Part shown: positions 29,674-39,918 of the stretch, one piece after another
Position numbering within the stretch: position 1 is the stretch's first letter
Layout of the letters: each line of letters opens with the position of its first letter
Assembly: GCA_963816145.1 (NCBI GenBank)
Contig: CAWFJP010000031.1
Span: forward strand, 256,001 to 320,000
Reading direction: 5' to 3'
Length of the DNA: 64,000 nucleotides
Source of the DNA: an uncultured delta proteobacterium
GTDB taxonomy: Bacteria > Desulfobacterota > Binatia > UBA9968
Translations under genes and position numbers: made by a program
Notes under the pieces: model-generated
Databases searched by the model: none
Seen by the model: only the letters and a program-made list of their open reading frames with translations
What the model was told of the DNA's origin: nothing

Positions 29674-29874
29674 ATGGGTACTGAGACATTTCAAAAACGG
29701 CAAAAGGAAAATGCTCGGAAAGAAAAACATAAGCTGAAATTAGCCCGGCGGCTCGAACGCAAGAATGAAAAAGTGCCGGGCGAAAACAGCTTGGATGTGG
29801 ATATCTTGGAGCTCGAGCGGGCTGCCGAGAAGTCGGCGGACCAATCTTCGGGGCAGGCCGGACCCACGAACTGA
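29674..29874 (+). CDS. Small basic hypothetical protein
   Basis: AAGGAG RBS; TFQKRQKE.ARKEK highly charged helix. Confidence 0.65.
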   Translation: MGTETFQKRQKENARKEKHKLKLARRLERKNEKVPGENSLDVDILELERAAEKSADQSSGQAGPTN

Positions 29875-30055
29875 TAAAACTCCGAGTTGCAAAAGAATCT
29901 AAATTTCGATCGGGGCGGCCATTTTAGACATTCGGTAAATCGGCCGCTGACGGAAATGTAGTGCAGCGCCGCGAGTTCACGGCTGTTCTTGAAGAATATC
30001 TATGAAGCGTCCGACCATTAAGTCGCGCGGCGCGCAGTTAAAAGAGGAGAATCGC

Positions 30056-30568
30056 ATGACATTGAGTATTGGTGAAAAAGTCAGTCTTCCGAGTCACGGA
30101 CCATGTGTGATCGGTGCGGTGGTCAACAAGTTGGTTGGCGGCACGTCAACGGCTTTCTACCGGTTGGCGCCCCTCGAAGATAATGGCGGGGAACTGTTCA
30201 TTCCGGTCGACAAGATCACCGGATTGGGCATCCGGCAGTTGTTGCAAAAATCGGAGATTCCCAAGCTGCTCGGCCGGTTGAGCCAGCCGGGCAAACCAAT
30301 ACCACCGCCGTCCACGGCGCGCAATTGGAAACAGCGCGCCCTCGATAACGGCAAGCTGTTGTCTTCCGGGTCGGCGTCGGATCTGGTGCAGATCGTCGAG
30401 TCGCTCACCGACTTGAACGAGACCAAAACGCTGGCACCGCACGAGCGCCAGACTTTGGAGCGGGCGAAGAAGCTGCTGGTTTGCGAGATCACCGAAGTGT
30501 TGGGTGAATCTCGGAGTGCGGTGGCGGAACAGCTCGAAAAGGCGCTGCAAGCACGCAAAGTCGGTTGA
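30056..30568 (+). CDS. CarD family transcriptional regulator
   Basis: IGEKV..PSHGPCVI, IPV....LGIRQL, NWKQR, ERAKKLLVCEI. Confidence 0.88.
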   Translation: MTLSIGEKVSLPSHGPCVIGAVVNKLVGGTSTAFYRLAPLEDNGGELFIPVDKITGLGIRQLLQKSEIPKLLGRLSQPGKPIPPPSTARNWKQRALDNGKLLSSGSASDLVQIVESLTDLNETKTLAPHERQTLERAKKLLVCEITEVLGESRSAVAEQLEKALQARKVG

Positions 30569-30888
30569 AACGATTAAAGCGAGGAAAACGAGTCCGGATG
30601 ATTGTCAGATCTGTGACAATTCACTGCTGAGATTTCTGGTGCGATGGGCAATGGCGCTTGATAAACGTTCAGTCCCCAGTTCAAACGGGTCGGCCAAAGC
30701 ACAGTGCGTTTACCAGCTTTATCTTCCCGGCATCGTCTAAATATAAGACCGCGAATAAAACGCAGCGTACCGCAGTTCGAGTGCCATCGAGGAGGAATCG
30801 ATTATTAAAGCTATTCATCCGACAATTTTCGTCGTCCTAAGGCTAATCATCATGTTCGTTGTCCAGTTCGGCGATGGGGAGGTGATCG

Positions 30889-31923
30889 ATGTCCGCTGAT
30901 ATTAGTGCCGTCGCAATGACCATGACTAAAAGTGCTTGGTATCAGTCGACCAGTGCGTATGTACGGCCATGTCTGGGCAAATCGGTCTGGCAGTTGGTCA
31001 ATACCTTCGTGCCCTATTTCCTACTCTGGGCGCTGATGATTTTCACCGTGCGGCGGAATTATCCCTACTGGACTACTCTGCTGTTGGCGTTGGCGGCAGG
31101 CGGTTTGCTGATTCGCATATTTATTCTTTTCCATGATTGTTGTCATGGATCGTTCTTCGCGTCGCGCCGGGCCAATACTGTGCTCGGCTATGTCACCGGC
31201 GTGCTGACGTTCACGGCTTTTGAAGACTGGCGGTTGGCGCATAATCGCCATCATGCGACGGCGGGCGATCTAGATCGCCGAGGGGCGGGCGACATTTGGA
31301 CGATGACGACGGACGAATATCGGTCAGCGTCTTTTTGGCGGCGCTTCGGCTACCGGGTTTACCGCAATCCTTTTATTCTCTTCGGTCCGGGAGCGGCGCT
31401 GCTGTTTTTATGCTTCCACCGTTTCGGCACCAGAGGCGCCGGGCGGCTGGAACGGCGCAGCGTGTTGCGCACGAACCTGGCGCTGTTAATTGTGGCGGTT
31501 GTGGCGACTTGGAGCATCGGATGGAAAACCTATTTGCTGATTCAGCTGCCGATCATTGTCATTGCCGGCGGGCTAGGTGTGTGGTTGTTCTACGTCCAGC
31601 ACCAGTTCGATAACGCCTATTGGGTGCGCCATGACTCTTGGGACCCGCTGAACGTCGCGCTGGAGGGCAGCTCTTACTTCAGGCTACCGAAACTCTTCCA
31701 ATGGCTGACCGGTAACATCGGTCTGCATCACATTCATCATGTGCGGCCGAATATTCCCAACTACAATTTGCAGCAATGCCAAAATGAAGTGCCGGCGTTT
31801 CAAATCGTCAAGGCGATGACGTTTGCCGCGAGTCTGCGCTCGCTGCGACTCAGTCTGTTCGATGAGAAGTTGGGAAAACCAGTGGGGTTTCGTTCGTTGA
31901 CGGCGCTTGGTGCGGGGAAATGA
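30889..31923 (+). CDS. Membrane fatty acid desaturase (Des-like)
   Basis: Three His boxes: HDCCH, HNRHH, HHIHH. Confidence 0.92.
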   Translation: MSADISAVAMTMTKSAWYQSTSAYVRPCLGKSVWQLVNTFVPYFLLWALMIFTVRRNYPYWTTLLLALAAGGLLIRIFILFHDCCHGSFFASRRANTVLGYVTGVLTFTAFEDWRLAHNRHHATAGDLDRRGAGDIWTMTTDEYRSASFWRRFGYRVYRNPFILFGPGAALLFLCFHRFGTRGAGRLERRSVLRTNLALLIVAVVATWSIGWKTYLLIQLPIIVIAGGLGVWLFYVQHQFDNAYWVRHDSWDPLNVALEGSSYFRLPKLFQWLTGNIGLHHIHHVRPNIPNYNLQQCQNEVPAFQIVKAMTFAASLRSLRLSLFDEKLGKPVGFRSLTALGAGK

Positions 31924-32292
31924 TGCGACGTTGGTAGGATTTCCCGGTCTATTAAGGTTTCGCTCGGGAATCGCAGAAATTACTCGTTTCTTCGAACTTT
32001 CAGTCAGCCTCAGGACTTTAAGATTACGGTTCAAACGAAGAGAAGTTTTGTCATGACTGCTCTACGCGGTTACTGACAATAAAATCCGGCCGATAGCCAC
32101 GGTCGATCTATTCAAATGTCGAGAGCGCCGGCCGGGACCGGAATGGCCTAAGAAAGAGTCGCCTTGCTATCATGGCTTATATCTCCTAGGCTTGAAGGGT
32201 ATCTCTACAGTCGTAGGGTTCTCCGCCGCGGTTATTTGAAATCCGTCAAATAAGCCTTCTGCTCCTCCGACCTTCACGCGAGGCTAGCGTAA

Positions 32293-32589
32293 ATGAAGTC
32301 CGACATTTCCTACAAGAACTATCGCATCCGTGGGGAATCGTTTCAGCCGACGCAAAGCAGCGGTTGGATTCCGCGCTATGTTTTACAGCGCGCCAATCCT
32401 AGCGCCGGCGATTCGCCGTTTAGCCACGACCGCCTCGACAAATCCTTCGGCAGCAAATCCGAGGCCGATGACTATGCTGTGCGAGATGCCAAGAGTTGGA
32501 TCGATAACTTTGGATCGGCAACCGTTGAGGTTGCATCGCCGGCAACGATAACTGGAGGTGTTTATGTCGTTAATAAACCAACTGCCTGA
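32293..32589 (+). CDS. Hypothetical protein
   Basis: 98-aa ORF, YKNYRI...F.SKSEAD.YA..AKSWID; its tail overlaps the nuoB start. Confidence 0.5.
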   Translation: MKSDISYKNYRIRGESFQPTQSSGWIPRYVLQRANPSAGDSPFSHDRLDKSFGSKSEADDYAVRDAKSWIDNFGSATVEVASPATITGGVYVVNKPTA

Positions 32590-33064
32590 GACGGTGTTTA
32601 CGACCAAGGTGGATGAGCTGCTCAACTGGGGGCGCGCTTCGTCGCAGTGGTACATGCTGTTCGGTCTGGCCTGTTGCGCCATTGAGCTGATGCAGACCGG
32701 CGGCCCGCGCGCCGATGTCGATCGCTTCGGCGCGGTGCCGCGAGCGACGCCGCGGCAGTCCGATCTTATGATCGTCGCGGGCACTCTGACATACAAAATG
32801 GCCAAGCGGACCAAGCTCCTTTATGATCAGATGCCCGACCCGAAGTATGTGATCTCGATGGGCAGCTGCTCCAATTGCGGCGGGCTTTTTCAGCTCGCCT
32901 ATTCGGTCTGTAAAGGCGTGGACAAAATTATTCCGGTTGACGTTTACGTGCCCGGCTGTCCACCCCGTCCGGAGGCCCTAACCGAGGGGCTTTTGCGAAT
33001 TCAGGACAAGATTATGCGGGAGAAATGGCTGGTCAAAGACACGCCGGTGCCAGTTCCGGTCTAG
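32564..33064 (+). CDS. nuoB: NADH-quinone oxidoreductase subunit B, orphan copy
   Basis: [40 protein letters not shown]. Confidence 0.93.
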   Translation: MSLINQLPETVFTTKVDELLNWGRASSQWYMLFGLACCAIELMQTGGPRADVDRFGAVPRATPRQSDLMIVAGTLTYKMAKRTKLLYDQMPDPKYVISMGSCSNCGGLFQLAYSVCKGVDKIIPVDVYVPGCPPRPEALTEGLLRIQDKIMREKWLVKDTPVPVPV

Positions 33065-33110
33065 GGAGTAACGCCGCCAACGTCGGCGCGTCGTCGCTGC
33101 GCTCCCAACG

Positions 33111-33353
33111 ATGATCGTATTTGTGAATACCAAACCGCTAATCCATGCCGGTATCGCTTTAATCCTTCTCGGCGTCGTGGCTTTTACTTACCAAGGGAGC
33201 GATGGCCCAGTCCAAGATCCTGCACTTGCGATTGGTTCACTGCCCGCACGCTTCGCGATCAACCGGATCATGCCGTTACCGCCGCTGGTCGCGGGTCTGG
33301 TGCTGCTAAGTGGAATCTTATTGATGGTGGTCGGCATTAAAAAATCGTCGTAG
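33111..33353 (+). CDS. Small two-TM membrane protein (DUF3185-like)
   Basis: GIALILLGVVAF.YQG ... PLPPLVAGLVLLSGILL. Confidence 0.6.
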   Translation: MIVFVNTKPLIHAGIALILLGVVAFTYQGSDGPVQDPALAIGSLPARFAINRIMPLPPLVAGLVLLSGILLMVVGIKKSS

Positions 33354-33769
33354 TCGTGTGCGAAGGGGTACATCAAGGCGGCAAATCCTGGATTGTTTCC
33401 GAGCACAGCGCCAGCGTTTTTCTCGGGCAAATTGGTTCAAAATTGAACTGCGCGTTTTCCGAGCCGGATGTAGCCTCTCGTCAAATAAGAGAGAGCTATC
33501 ATGAGCTTGAAATTTTTAACTCCACAGACCCTGTTTCTCAACGCATTCCGGCGCCGGCTTGGTGCGCATGCTGAAAGAAAAACAATCCGCGGGTTAACCC
33601 ACCTTGGGGGCATGGTCATGCGCCATATCGTTATCAGGTTCGGTGGATGACGGAGAAAGTTCTATTATCTATGAAATTATCGATTGAGAAATTCACAAGC
33701 CGAATTGTGCCAGCTCAATCCGACCGGCAATTTGCCCAAACTCCGGGCGATGCGGAGCCAGGAAAACGG

Positions 33770-35770
33770 ATGGCGGATTTCTTCGCCGACCTTCGTGTCC
33801 GTTACCATGAGAAGAAACAGAAGGAGTCGCCGAATGATAAAAAAATCCGCTTGGCGCCGATTTGGTATTTTCTTGCCTTGATGGCAATTGTAGTGGTGAT
33901 GCAACACCTGTTTGTCGGTGCCCATATCGAGATGATCAGCTATAGCCAATTCAAATCCCTGGTCAAAAATGACTTGGTCAACGATCTGGTTATTCATGAA
34001 ACGGTCATCGAGGGAAATCTAAAGGGAGCGGCGCTCAAGGTGATTCTTACGCCGGACAAACTGAAGGAGATATCTCCCGAAGTTCTTGCCGGCAAAACCC
34101 TCGTTCCCTTTGAAACGGTAAGAGTCGCGGACCCCGGTCTGACCGCTGAACTCGAAGCGGCGAAGGTTCCTTTCAAAGGGGAAGTTACCAGTAGTTGGCT
34201 ACCGACCCTTTTGTCGTGGATTGTTCCCGCGGCACTGTTCTTTCTGATCTGGAGCTATCTCGGCAAAAAGATGGGTTCGGCGAGCGGCGGCTTGATGCAG
34301 ATCGGTAAAAGCAAGGCGAAAGTCTACATCGAAAAAAAGACCGGTGTTACCTTTGCCGACGTTGCCGGCATCGACGAAGCTGAAGAAGAAGTCGCTGAAG
34401 TTGTCGGATTTCTAAAGGACCCGACCAAATATCAAAGATTGGGTGGACATATTCCCAAGGGTGTTTTGATCGTCGGCCCGCCAGGGACGGGGAAAACTTT
34501 GCTCGCCCGCGCCGTCGCCGGCGAAGCTGGGGTGCCGTTCTTTAGTTTGACGGGTTCTGACTTTGTCGAGATGTTTGTCGGCGTTGGCGCGGCACGGGTG
34601 AGAGATCTGTTTGCTCAAGCGGTGAAGAATGCGCCGAGCATCATATTCATCGATGAGCTCGACGCCATCGGTAAAGCTCGCGGCGTGAGCATGCTCACGG
34701 GCAATGACGAGCGCGAGCAAACCCTCAATCAGCTCTTGGCCGAAATGGACGGCTTCGATCCCAATCAAGGCGTCATCATCATGGCCGCCACCAACCGGCC
34801 GGAAATCCTCGATGCCGCGCTGCTCCGTCCCGGCCGCTTCGACCGGCAAATTCTGGTGGATCGTCCCGACATCAAAGGACGGACCAAGATTCTCGAACTT
34901 CACGCTAAAAAGGTGAAGCTCTCAGCGGCTATCGATCTCGCGATCGTCGCGGCTAAGACCCCTGGTTTTGTTGGCGCCGATCTCGCCAACATCGTCAACG
35001 AGGCGGCGTTACTAGCGGCGCGCCAGGATAAACAGTCGATCGACATGACGGAGTTCGACGAGGCGATCGAACGGGTGGTTGCAGGATTACAAAAGAAGAG
35101 CCATGTCATCAATCCGAAAGAGAAGAAAATCGTCGCCTATCATGAATCCGGCCACGCCCTGATGGCCGAGCTTGTCCCAGGTGCGGACCCCCTCGGCAAG
35201 ATCTCGATTATCCCGAGAGGCATCGCCGCGCTGGGTTACACAACCCAACTGCCGACCGAAGACCGTTACTTGATGACCCGTTCCGAGTTGCTCGCGCGGA
35301 TCAATGTTCTTTTGGGCGGCAGAGTCGCCGAGGAGATCGTTTTCGGCGATGTGTCGACCGGGGCGCAGAACGACTTACAGCGCGCCACAGAAATTGCCCG
35401 CACGATGATTACCCAATTCGGCATGAATGAAAAACTTGGCCTTGCTGCTCTCGAAGGGCCGCGTCACGCAACGTTCCTTCTGGTTCCGACGCAGAGTGCC
35501 AGAGAGTATAGCGAAGAAACCGCCCGGCAGATCGATGAAGAGGTGAAGCAGATCTTAGCAGATGCCCATGGCAAAGCACGGGATATCCTGGTTGCCTACC
35601 GCCCGGCGCTGGAGGAACTGGCCAAGCTGCTGTTGGAAAAAGAAGTCGTCGACCGGCCGGCGTTGCAGGCGATACTAAAGGTGCGGAGCATTGACAGTTT
35701 GAAAGACAAGAAGCGCGCGGTGGACACCGTGGGACCTGAGGGCAACCGATTCAACACCGACTGGGAATAA
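33770..35770 (+). CDS. ftsH: ATP-dependent zinc metalloprotease FtsH (frame open from 33647; start uncertain)
   Basis: Two TM segments, [28 protein letters not shown]. Confidence 0.95.
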   Translation: MADFFADLRVRYHEKKQKESPNDKKIRLAPIWYFLALMAIVVVMQHLFVGAHIEMISYSQFKSLVKNDLVNDLVIHETVIEGNLKGAALKVILTPDKLKEISPEVLAGKTLVPFETVRVADPGLTAELEAAKVPFKGEVTSSWLPTLLSWIVPAALFFLIWSYLGKKMGSASGGLMQIGKSKAKVYIEKKTGVTFADVAGIDEAEEEVAEVVGFLKDPTKYQRLGGHIPKGVLIVGPPGTGKTLLARAVAGEAGVPFFSLTGSDFVEMFVGVGAARVRDLFAQAVKNAPSIIFIDELDAIGKARGVSMLTGNDEREQTLNQLLAEMDGFDPNQGVIIMAATNRPEILDAALLRPGRFDRQILVDRPDIKGRTKILELHAKKVKLSAAIDLAIVAAKTPGFVGADLANIVNEAALLAARQDKQSIDMTEFDEAIERVVAGLQKKSHVINPKEKKIVAYHESGHALMAELVPGADPLGKISIIPRGIAALGYTTQLPTEDRYLMTRSELLARINVLLGGRVAEEIVFGDVSTGAQNDLQRATEIARTMITQFGMNEKLGLAALEGPRHATFLLVPTQSAREYSEETARQIDEEVKQILADAHGKARDILVAYRPALEELAKLLLEKEVVDRPALQAILKVRSIDSLKDKKRAVDTVGPEGNRFNTDWE

Positions 35771-35821
35771 CCGACGGTGCCAGCCAGGTGAACGAGGCGA
35801 GGCATCGATTAGGACTGCGAT

Positions 35822-36172
35822 ATGAAAAATGAAACCAAGCGTCCGGGCGAAAGTCCCGAGTTCGACGAGCGGGCCAATGAAGACGGTTATTTTGCCAACA
35901 AAGAACATGAACTGATCGAAGATATGCGGCTCAAGTTTCAAAAAGCCAAAGCGGCGCGGCGTGATGCGAAGATGGCGACTTGCCCGAAATGTTCGGGAAA
36001 GTTCCAAAAGTACCCGCTCCTGGGGTGCATCGTAGAGCGCTGTGAAACCTGCGAAGGCATTTGGCTTAATAAGGGCGAGCTTGACGCCATATTGCGCCAG
36101 CAGGCGCGCGGTCCACTGGCGCTTTTCCTCGATCGCTGTTTTGGCAAAAATCAAACACCGAAGACCCACTAA
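35822..36172 (+). CDS. zf-TFIIB-like zinc ribbon protein
   Basis: EDGYF..KEHELIE, then CPKC...CETCEGIWL.KGEL. Confidence 0.8.
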   Translation: MKNETKRPGESPEFDERANEDGYFANKEHELIEDMRLKFQKAKAARRDAKMATCPKCSGKFQKYPLLGCIVERCETCEGIWLNKGELDAILRQQARGPLALFLDRCFGKNQTPKTH

Positions 36173-36265
36173 AAAGGGACGCTAACATTTCAGTAAGCGC
36201 AAGCGCGAATCCCGCTGTCTAAGTTCATGCTGGCCTCAACTCCAATTCTTCATTAAAATAACCGG

Positions 36266-37978
36266 ATGAGCGAATTTATTACTCCCTCGGCTGCGTTTCT
36301 CAATTACGCGCCAGTTCCCTTGGCCTTCGGCACCAGCGGCTTGCGCGGCCTAGTGAAGGACATCACCGATCTCGAAGCTTATATCAATGTCAAAGGCGCC
36401 CTCGGTTACTTGATGAGCGGCGGCGATATTCGCGCCAACAGCACCGTGGTCATCGCCGGCGACCTGCGGCCGAGCACCGACCGGATTATGCGGGCATGTG
36501 CGCAAGCGATCCTAGACTCGGGCTGCCGGGTGGAAAACGCCGGCAAGATTCCCACGCCGGCGTTGATCGCGCACGCGATCGCGAAACGCAGCGCCGGAGT
36601 GATGGTGACCGGCAGCCATATTCCCTTCGACCGCAACGGCATCAAGATGAATAAAAGCGTTGGCGAAGTGTTGAAATCCGACGAGGCTGGTATCTTCCGC
36701 GATGTCGAACGGGTGCGCGCCGAAGAGTACAGCCGAAGCGCCGCCATATCGCCGTTCGATGCTTGCGGCATGCTCAAGCGCGCGCCGGAGTTGCCGCCGC
36801 TCGATGGCGCCGCTGAACAAGCCTACTTGCGCCGCTACGTGGATAGCTTCGCCCGTGGCGGCCTTTCCGGCCTACGGATTCTCGTCTACCAGCATTCCGC
36901 CGTCGGCCGCGATCTACTGCCGCGTATTTTGCGCGAGATGGGCGCCGAAGTCGTCACCGCGGGACGCAGCGAGACGTTCCTTCCTATCGATACTGAAAAT
37001 ATTACTGATGAACAGTTAAAGTGCTTGGAAGAGTTGGCCGTCGCCGCCGAAACCGGCGGCCCGCCGATTTCAGCTATCGTTTCCACTGACGGCGATTCCG
37101 ACCGGCCGTTGGTGACCGCTGTGCTGCCGGCTGCCGAAGTTGCGCCGGGGGCGCGGCGCGTGCGCTTCTTGCCCGGCGATCTGCTTGGAGTTGTGGTTGC
37201 CGAGTACCTGCGCGCCGATGCGGCGGCGGTGCCGATCAGCGCCAACGATGCTGTTGAACGCCGCTTGGGTGAACGCAGGATCATGTTGGCCAAGACCCAA
37301 ATCGGTTCGCCGTACGTGGTCGCCGCGCTCGATGATTTGCGCGCCACCGCCAAGCGCCAGCGCATTGTCGGCTGGGAAGCCAACGGCGGATTTTTGACCG
37401 GCAGCGATATCGAATTGAACGGCGCCACCTTGGCGGCGCTGCCGACCCGCGACGCGCTGCTGCCGATCCTGGCAAATTTATTCGCCTCGGTGGAGCAGGG
37501 TGTGAGTTTGGCGGCGCTGTGGGAGCGTCTGCCGGCGCGCTTTGGCCGGGCCGGTTTGCTCGATGATTTCCCGGTGGCGGCTAGCCAAGCGATTCTCGCT
37601 AAATTCATTCCACCTGGTGATGCCATCGAAGTCGAGTTCGATTTTGCAGATGGAGTTTTCGATCGCAGCCGCGCCGATGGCAGTCGCACGCCGCTTGCCG
37701 GATCGGCAGCCAACGATTGGCAGCGTTGCCAAGCAACGTTATCACGCTTCTTCACGCCGGACCTTGGCTTCGACGCCATCGCCAGAGTCAACGTGCTTGA
37801 CGGTGTGCGCATCTATTTCCGCAACGGCGATATCGCGCATATCCGGCCGTCGGGAAATGCGCCGCAGCTGCGCATCTATGCGGTCAGCGCGTCGCAGGCG
37901 CGCACGGATCGCATCGTCGAGTTAGCCCTTGACGAGCCCGACGGGATCTTGCGCCGGCTCGAACGCGCCTTTACATAA
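36266..37978 (+). CDS. Phosphomannomutase (phosphohexomutase family)
   Basis: FGTSGLRG, TGSHIP, DGDSDRP, GWEANGG, HIRPSGNAP. Confidence 0.92.
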   Translation: MSEFITPSAAFLNYAPVPLAFGTSGLRGLVKDITDLEAYINVKGALGYLMSGGDIRANSTVVIAGDLRPSTDRIMRACAQAILDSGCRVENAGKIPTPALIAHAIAKRSAGVMVTGSHIPFDRNGIKMNKSVGEVLKSDEAGIFRDVERVRAEEYSRSAAISPFDACGMLKRAPELPPLDGAAEQAYLRRYVDSFARGGLSGLRILVYQHSAVGRDLLPRILREMGAEVVTAGRSETFLPIDTENITDEQLKCLEELAVAAETGGPPISAIVSTDGDSDRPLVTAVLPAAEVAPGARRVRFLPGDLLGVVVAEYLRADAAAVPISANDAVERRLGERRIMLAKTQIGSPYVVAALDDLRATAKRQRIVGWEANGGFLTGSDIELNGATLAALPTRDALLPILANLFASVEQGVSLAALWERLPARFGRAGLLDDFPVAASQAILAKFIPPGDAIEVEFDFADGVFDRSRADGSRTPLAGSAANDWQRCQATLSRFFTPDLGFDAIARVNVLDGVRIYFRNGDIAHIRPSGNAPQLRIYAVSASQARTDRIVELALDEPDGILRRLERAFT

Positions 37979-38012
37979 ACAGTGGTGCGCCGCGGCAAAA
38001 ATTTTTGCGATG

Positions 38013-38028
38013 CGTCTAATATTAGACA
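38013..38028 (+). promoter_or_regulatory. Crp/Fnr-type palindrome, site 2
   Basis: CGTCTAATATTAGACA; -10 TAAGCT at 38050. Confidence 0.8.
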
Positions 38029-38161
38029 TTAATCCATCACCAGTCCGTGTAAGCTCATCAGTTCCAGTTAAGCCAGTATCGGCCATCGGCGTTTACCTGA
38101 AATTCTTCAAGTAAGCCTGCTTTTGTATTTTCTTTTAACCGGTCCAACCGAGGAGGTTCCA

Positions 38162-38482
38162 ATGTTTAGCCGAAACGTGAGTTACAAGCTCAAGGCCAAA
38201 AGTGCGGCGGAGTTTACCCGCATTGTCGAAGGAGAAGTCATTCCCTTGCTGCGGCGGCAAAAAGGATTCGACGATGCAATCAGTTTCATCGCGCCGGAGC
38301 GCAATGAAGCGATCACGATCAGCCTGTGGGACAAAAAAGAAGACGCGGAGGCCCATATCGCGAAGACCTATCCGGAGATATTAAGGGCTCTTTCGAGCGT
38401 AGTCGAAGGCTCTCCTAAGGTGGAGTCCTTCGAGATCAGCAACTCGACCTCGCACCAGATCGCCGCCAGCCCGGTCAATTAG
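38162..38482 (+). CDS. Antibiotic biosynthesis monooxygenase (ABM)-like protein
   Basis: IPLLRRQKGF, ISLWDKKEDAEA; GAGGAGG RBS. Confidence 0.75.
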   Translation: MFSRNVSYKLKAKSAAEFTRIVEGEVIPLLRRQKGFDDAISFIAPERNEAITISLWDKKEDAEAHIAKTYPEILRALSSVVEGSPKVESFEISNSTSHQIAASPVN

Positions 38483-38645
38483 ACTGTGATGGCGGTTCGG
38501 CGATGGGGCGACTCCCTTGCCGGACCGCCATGACTTTCGGTGTGGCGCGCTGCTGATCGCGCGTTGCGCTGTCCTGCAGCTCTGTTCGCGCCGATGATGT
38601 CACGCTACCTGGACTTAGCACGCACCAAGAGGTACTGTCACGACG

Positions 38646-38681
38646 CATGGGGGGGGCGCGAGTGTCTCGCGCTCCCCCATG
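38646..38681. other. GC-rich hairpin upstream of the Crp/Fnr gene
   Basis: CATGGGGGGGGCGCGAG-TGT-CTCGCGCTCCCCCATG. Confidence 0.55.
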
Positions 38682-38750
38682 ACTGACTGACCAAGCCCTT
38701 GGTTAAATCGACTGTTACCTTAGCATCGTGGGCTTCGAAATGGAGACACG

Positions 38751-39434
38751 ATGGCGATTCAACAAACACCCCAATCAGACCTGTTCAAGCAACAACTGCG
38801 CGAATCCTTGCATCGCGAGACGGCAAATAGTCGTGCCATCAAGATTGCCCGGCACGCCAACGTTTACACCTGCGGCGATCGCGACGAGATGGTGTATTTC
38901 GTCGAGAGCGGCCAGGTCAAACTGCTCATGTTGTCTTCCGAGGGGAGGGAGTGCCTCCTGGCGATTCATAGCGCGGGCGATATCTTCGGCGAGCTTTGTC
39001 TTTCCGGTTTAGGCGCGCGTTTGGAAACCGCTACGGCGATGAAGGCGACGACGCTCAAACAGATTCCCTGCTCGCAGTTCTTCGTGCGTCTTAGCCGCGA
39101 CTTGCTGTTCGAGGGGTTTGTGCGCTACTTGGCGGTGCGGATCGCCGACCAGCAGCAGATCATCGCCAATCTTGTGACCGTGGATAGCGAGCAGCGGCTG
39201 GGCCAGACGTTGTTGCAGTTGGCTCGCACCATGGGCAAGAAAGATCCGCGCAGCATCCGAATCGAGCTCAAGATCACCCATGAAGAACTCTCCGAGATGG
39301 TCGGCACGACGCGGCCGCGCATTAGCCTGTTCATGCAACGATTTCACAATCTGGGTCTGATCGAGACCAACAAGGACCGCTTTTTCATCATCAAAGAAAA
39401 GAAACTCACCGACTACCTGGAGCAGATTGCCTAG
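38751..39434 (+). CDS. Crp/Fnr family transcriptional regulator with a variant recognition helix
   Basis: VYFVESGQVKL, GDIFGELCL...R..TA; HTH ITHEELSEMVGTTRPRIS. Confidence 0.93.
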   Translation: MAIQQTPQSDLFKQQLRESLHRETANSRAIKIARHANVYTCGDRDEMVYFVESGQVKLLMLSSEGRECLLAIHSAGDIFGELCLSGLGARLETATAMKATTLKQIPCSQFFVRLSRDLLFEGFVRYLAVRIADQQQIIANLVTVDSEQRLGQTLLQLARTMGKKDPRSIRIELKITHEELSEMVGTTRPRISLFMQRFHNLGLIETNKDRFFIIKEKKLTDYLEQIA

Positions 39435-39582
39435 AATTTTTCGGCGGTTTGACTCGACTTGCCACCGGGCGAATAGGCGCGGATCATGCATTCGCTCGCT
39501 TTGCATTGAGTTCGTTAAAGGAAAACTTTCAGGTTAGCCAGCTACTGCATGTAGCAAGGCCCGACGCGGGATGCTGCTAGCC

Positions 39583-39756
39583 CTATGACTGTGGATCTTT
39601 TTGTCGGGTTGCCGTCACTCCATGGACGATCGCTATGCCGACCAAACAGAGAATGGCCACGCCGATCCACTGCATCGGCACGTTGAGTATATTGGCTCCG
39701 ATCGCCAGGCCGGCGATCAGTATGATGTATCCGACAAGATAGATTCCAAATGACAT
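39583..39756 (-). CDS. Small two-TM membrane protein (57 aa, not in the ORF track)
   Basis: AAGGAG RBS; MSFGIYLVGYIILIAGLAIGANILNVPMQWIGVAILCLVGIAIVHGVTATRQKDPQS*. Confidence 0.8.
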   Translation of the reverse strand: MSFGIYLVGYIILIAGLAIGANILNVPMQWIGVAILCLVGIAIVHGVTATRQKDPQS

Positions 39757-39845
39757 CGCAATTTCTCCTTGGTTCTTACTTCTGACTTGTCCCCGAAAAT
39801 GTGATTTTCAGGATTATGAGCATATAAAGGCCCGCTAAGCCTTGA

Positions 39846-39861
39846 TGTTCACTATGAGACA
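39846..39861 (-). promoter_or_regulatory. Crp/Fnr-type palindrome, site 3
   Basis: TGTCTCATAGTGAACA on the minus strand; -10 TATGCT at 39824-39819. Confidence 0.7.
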
Positions 39862-39918
39862 ATTCGAAAAGAAATAACCCGCCGCACGCGGCAGGATGCT
39901 TCGGCGGGGAAGGGGAGG

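Noticed and set aside
29915-29930. GCGGCCATTTTAGACA upstream of carD as a regulon site
   Set aside because: Only the right half matches and there is no -10 at the expected spacing.
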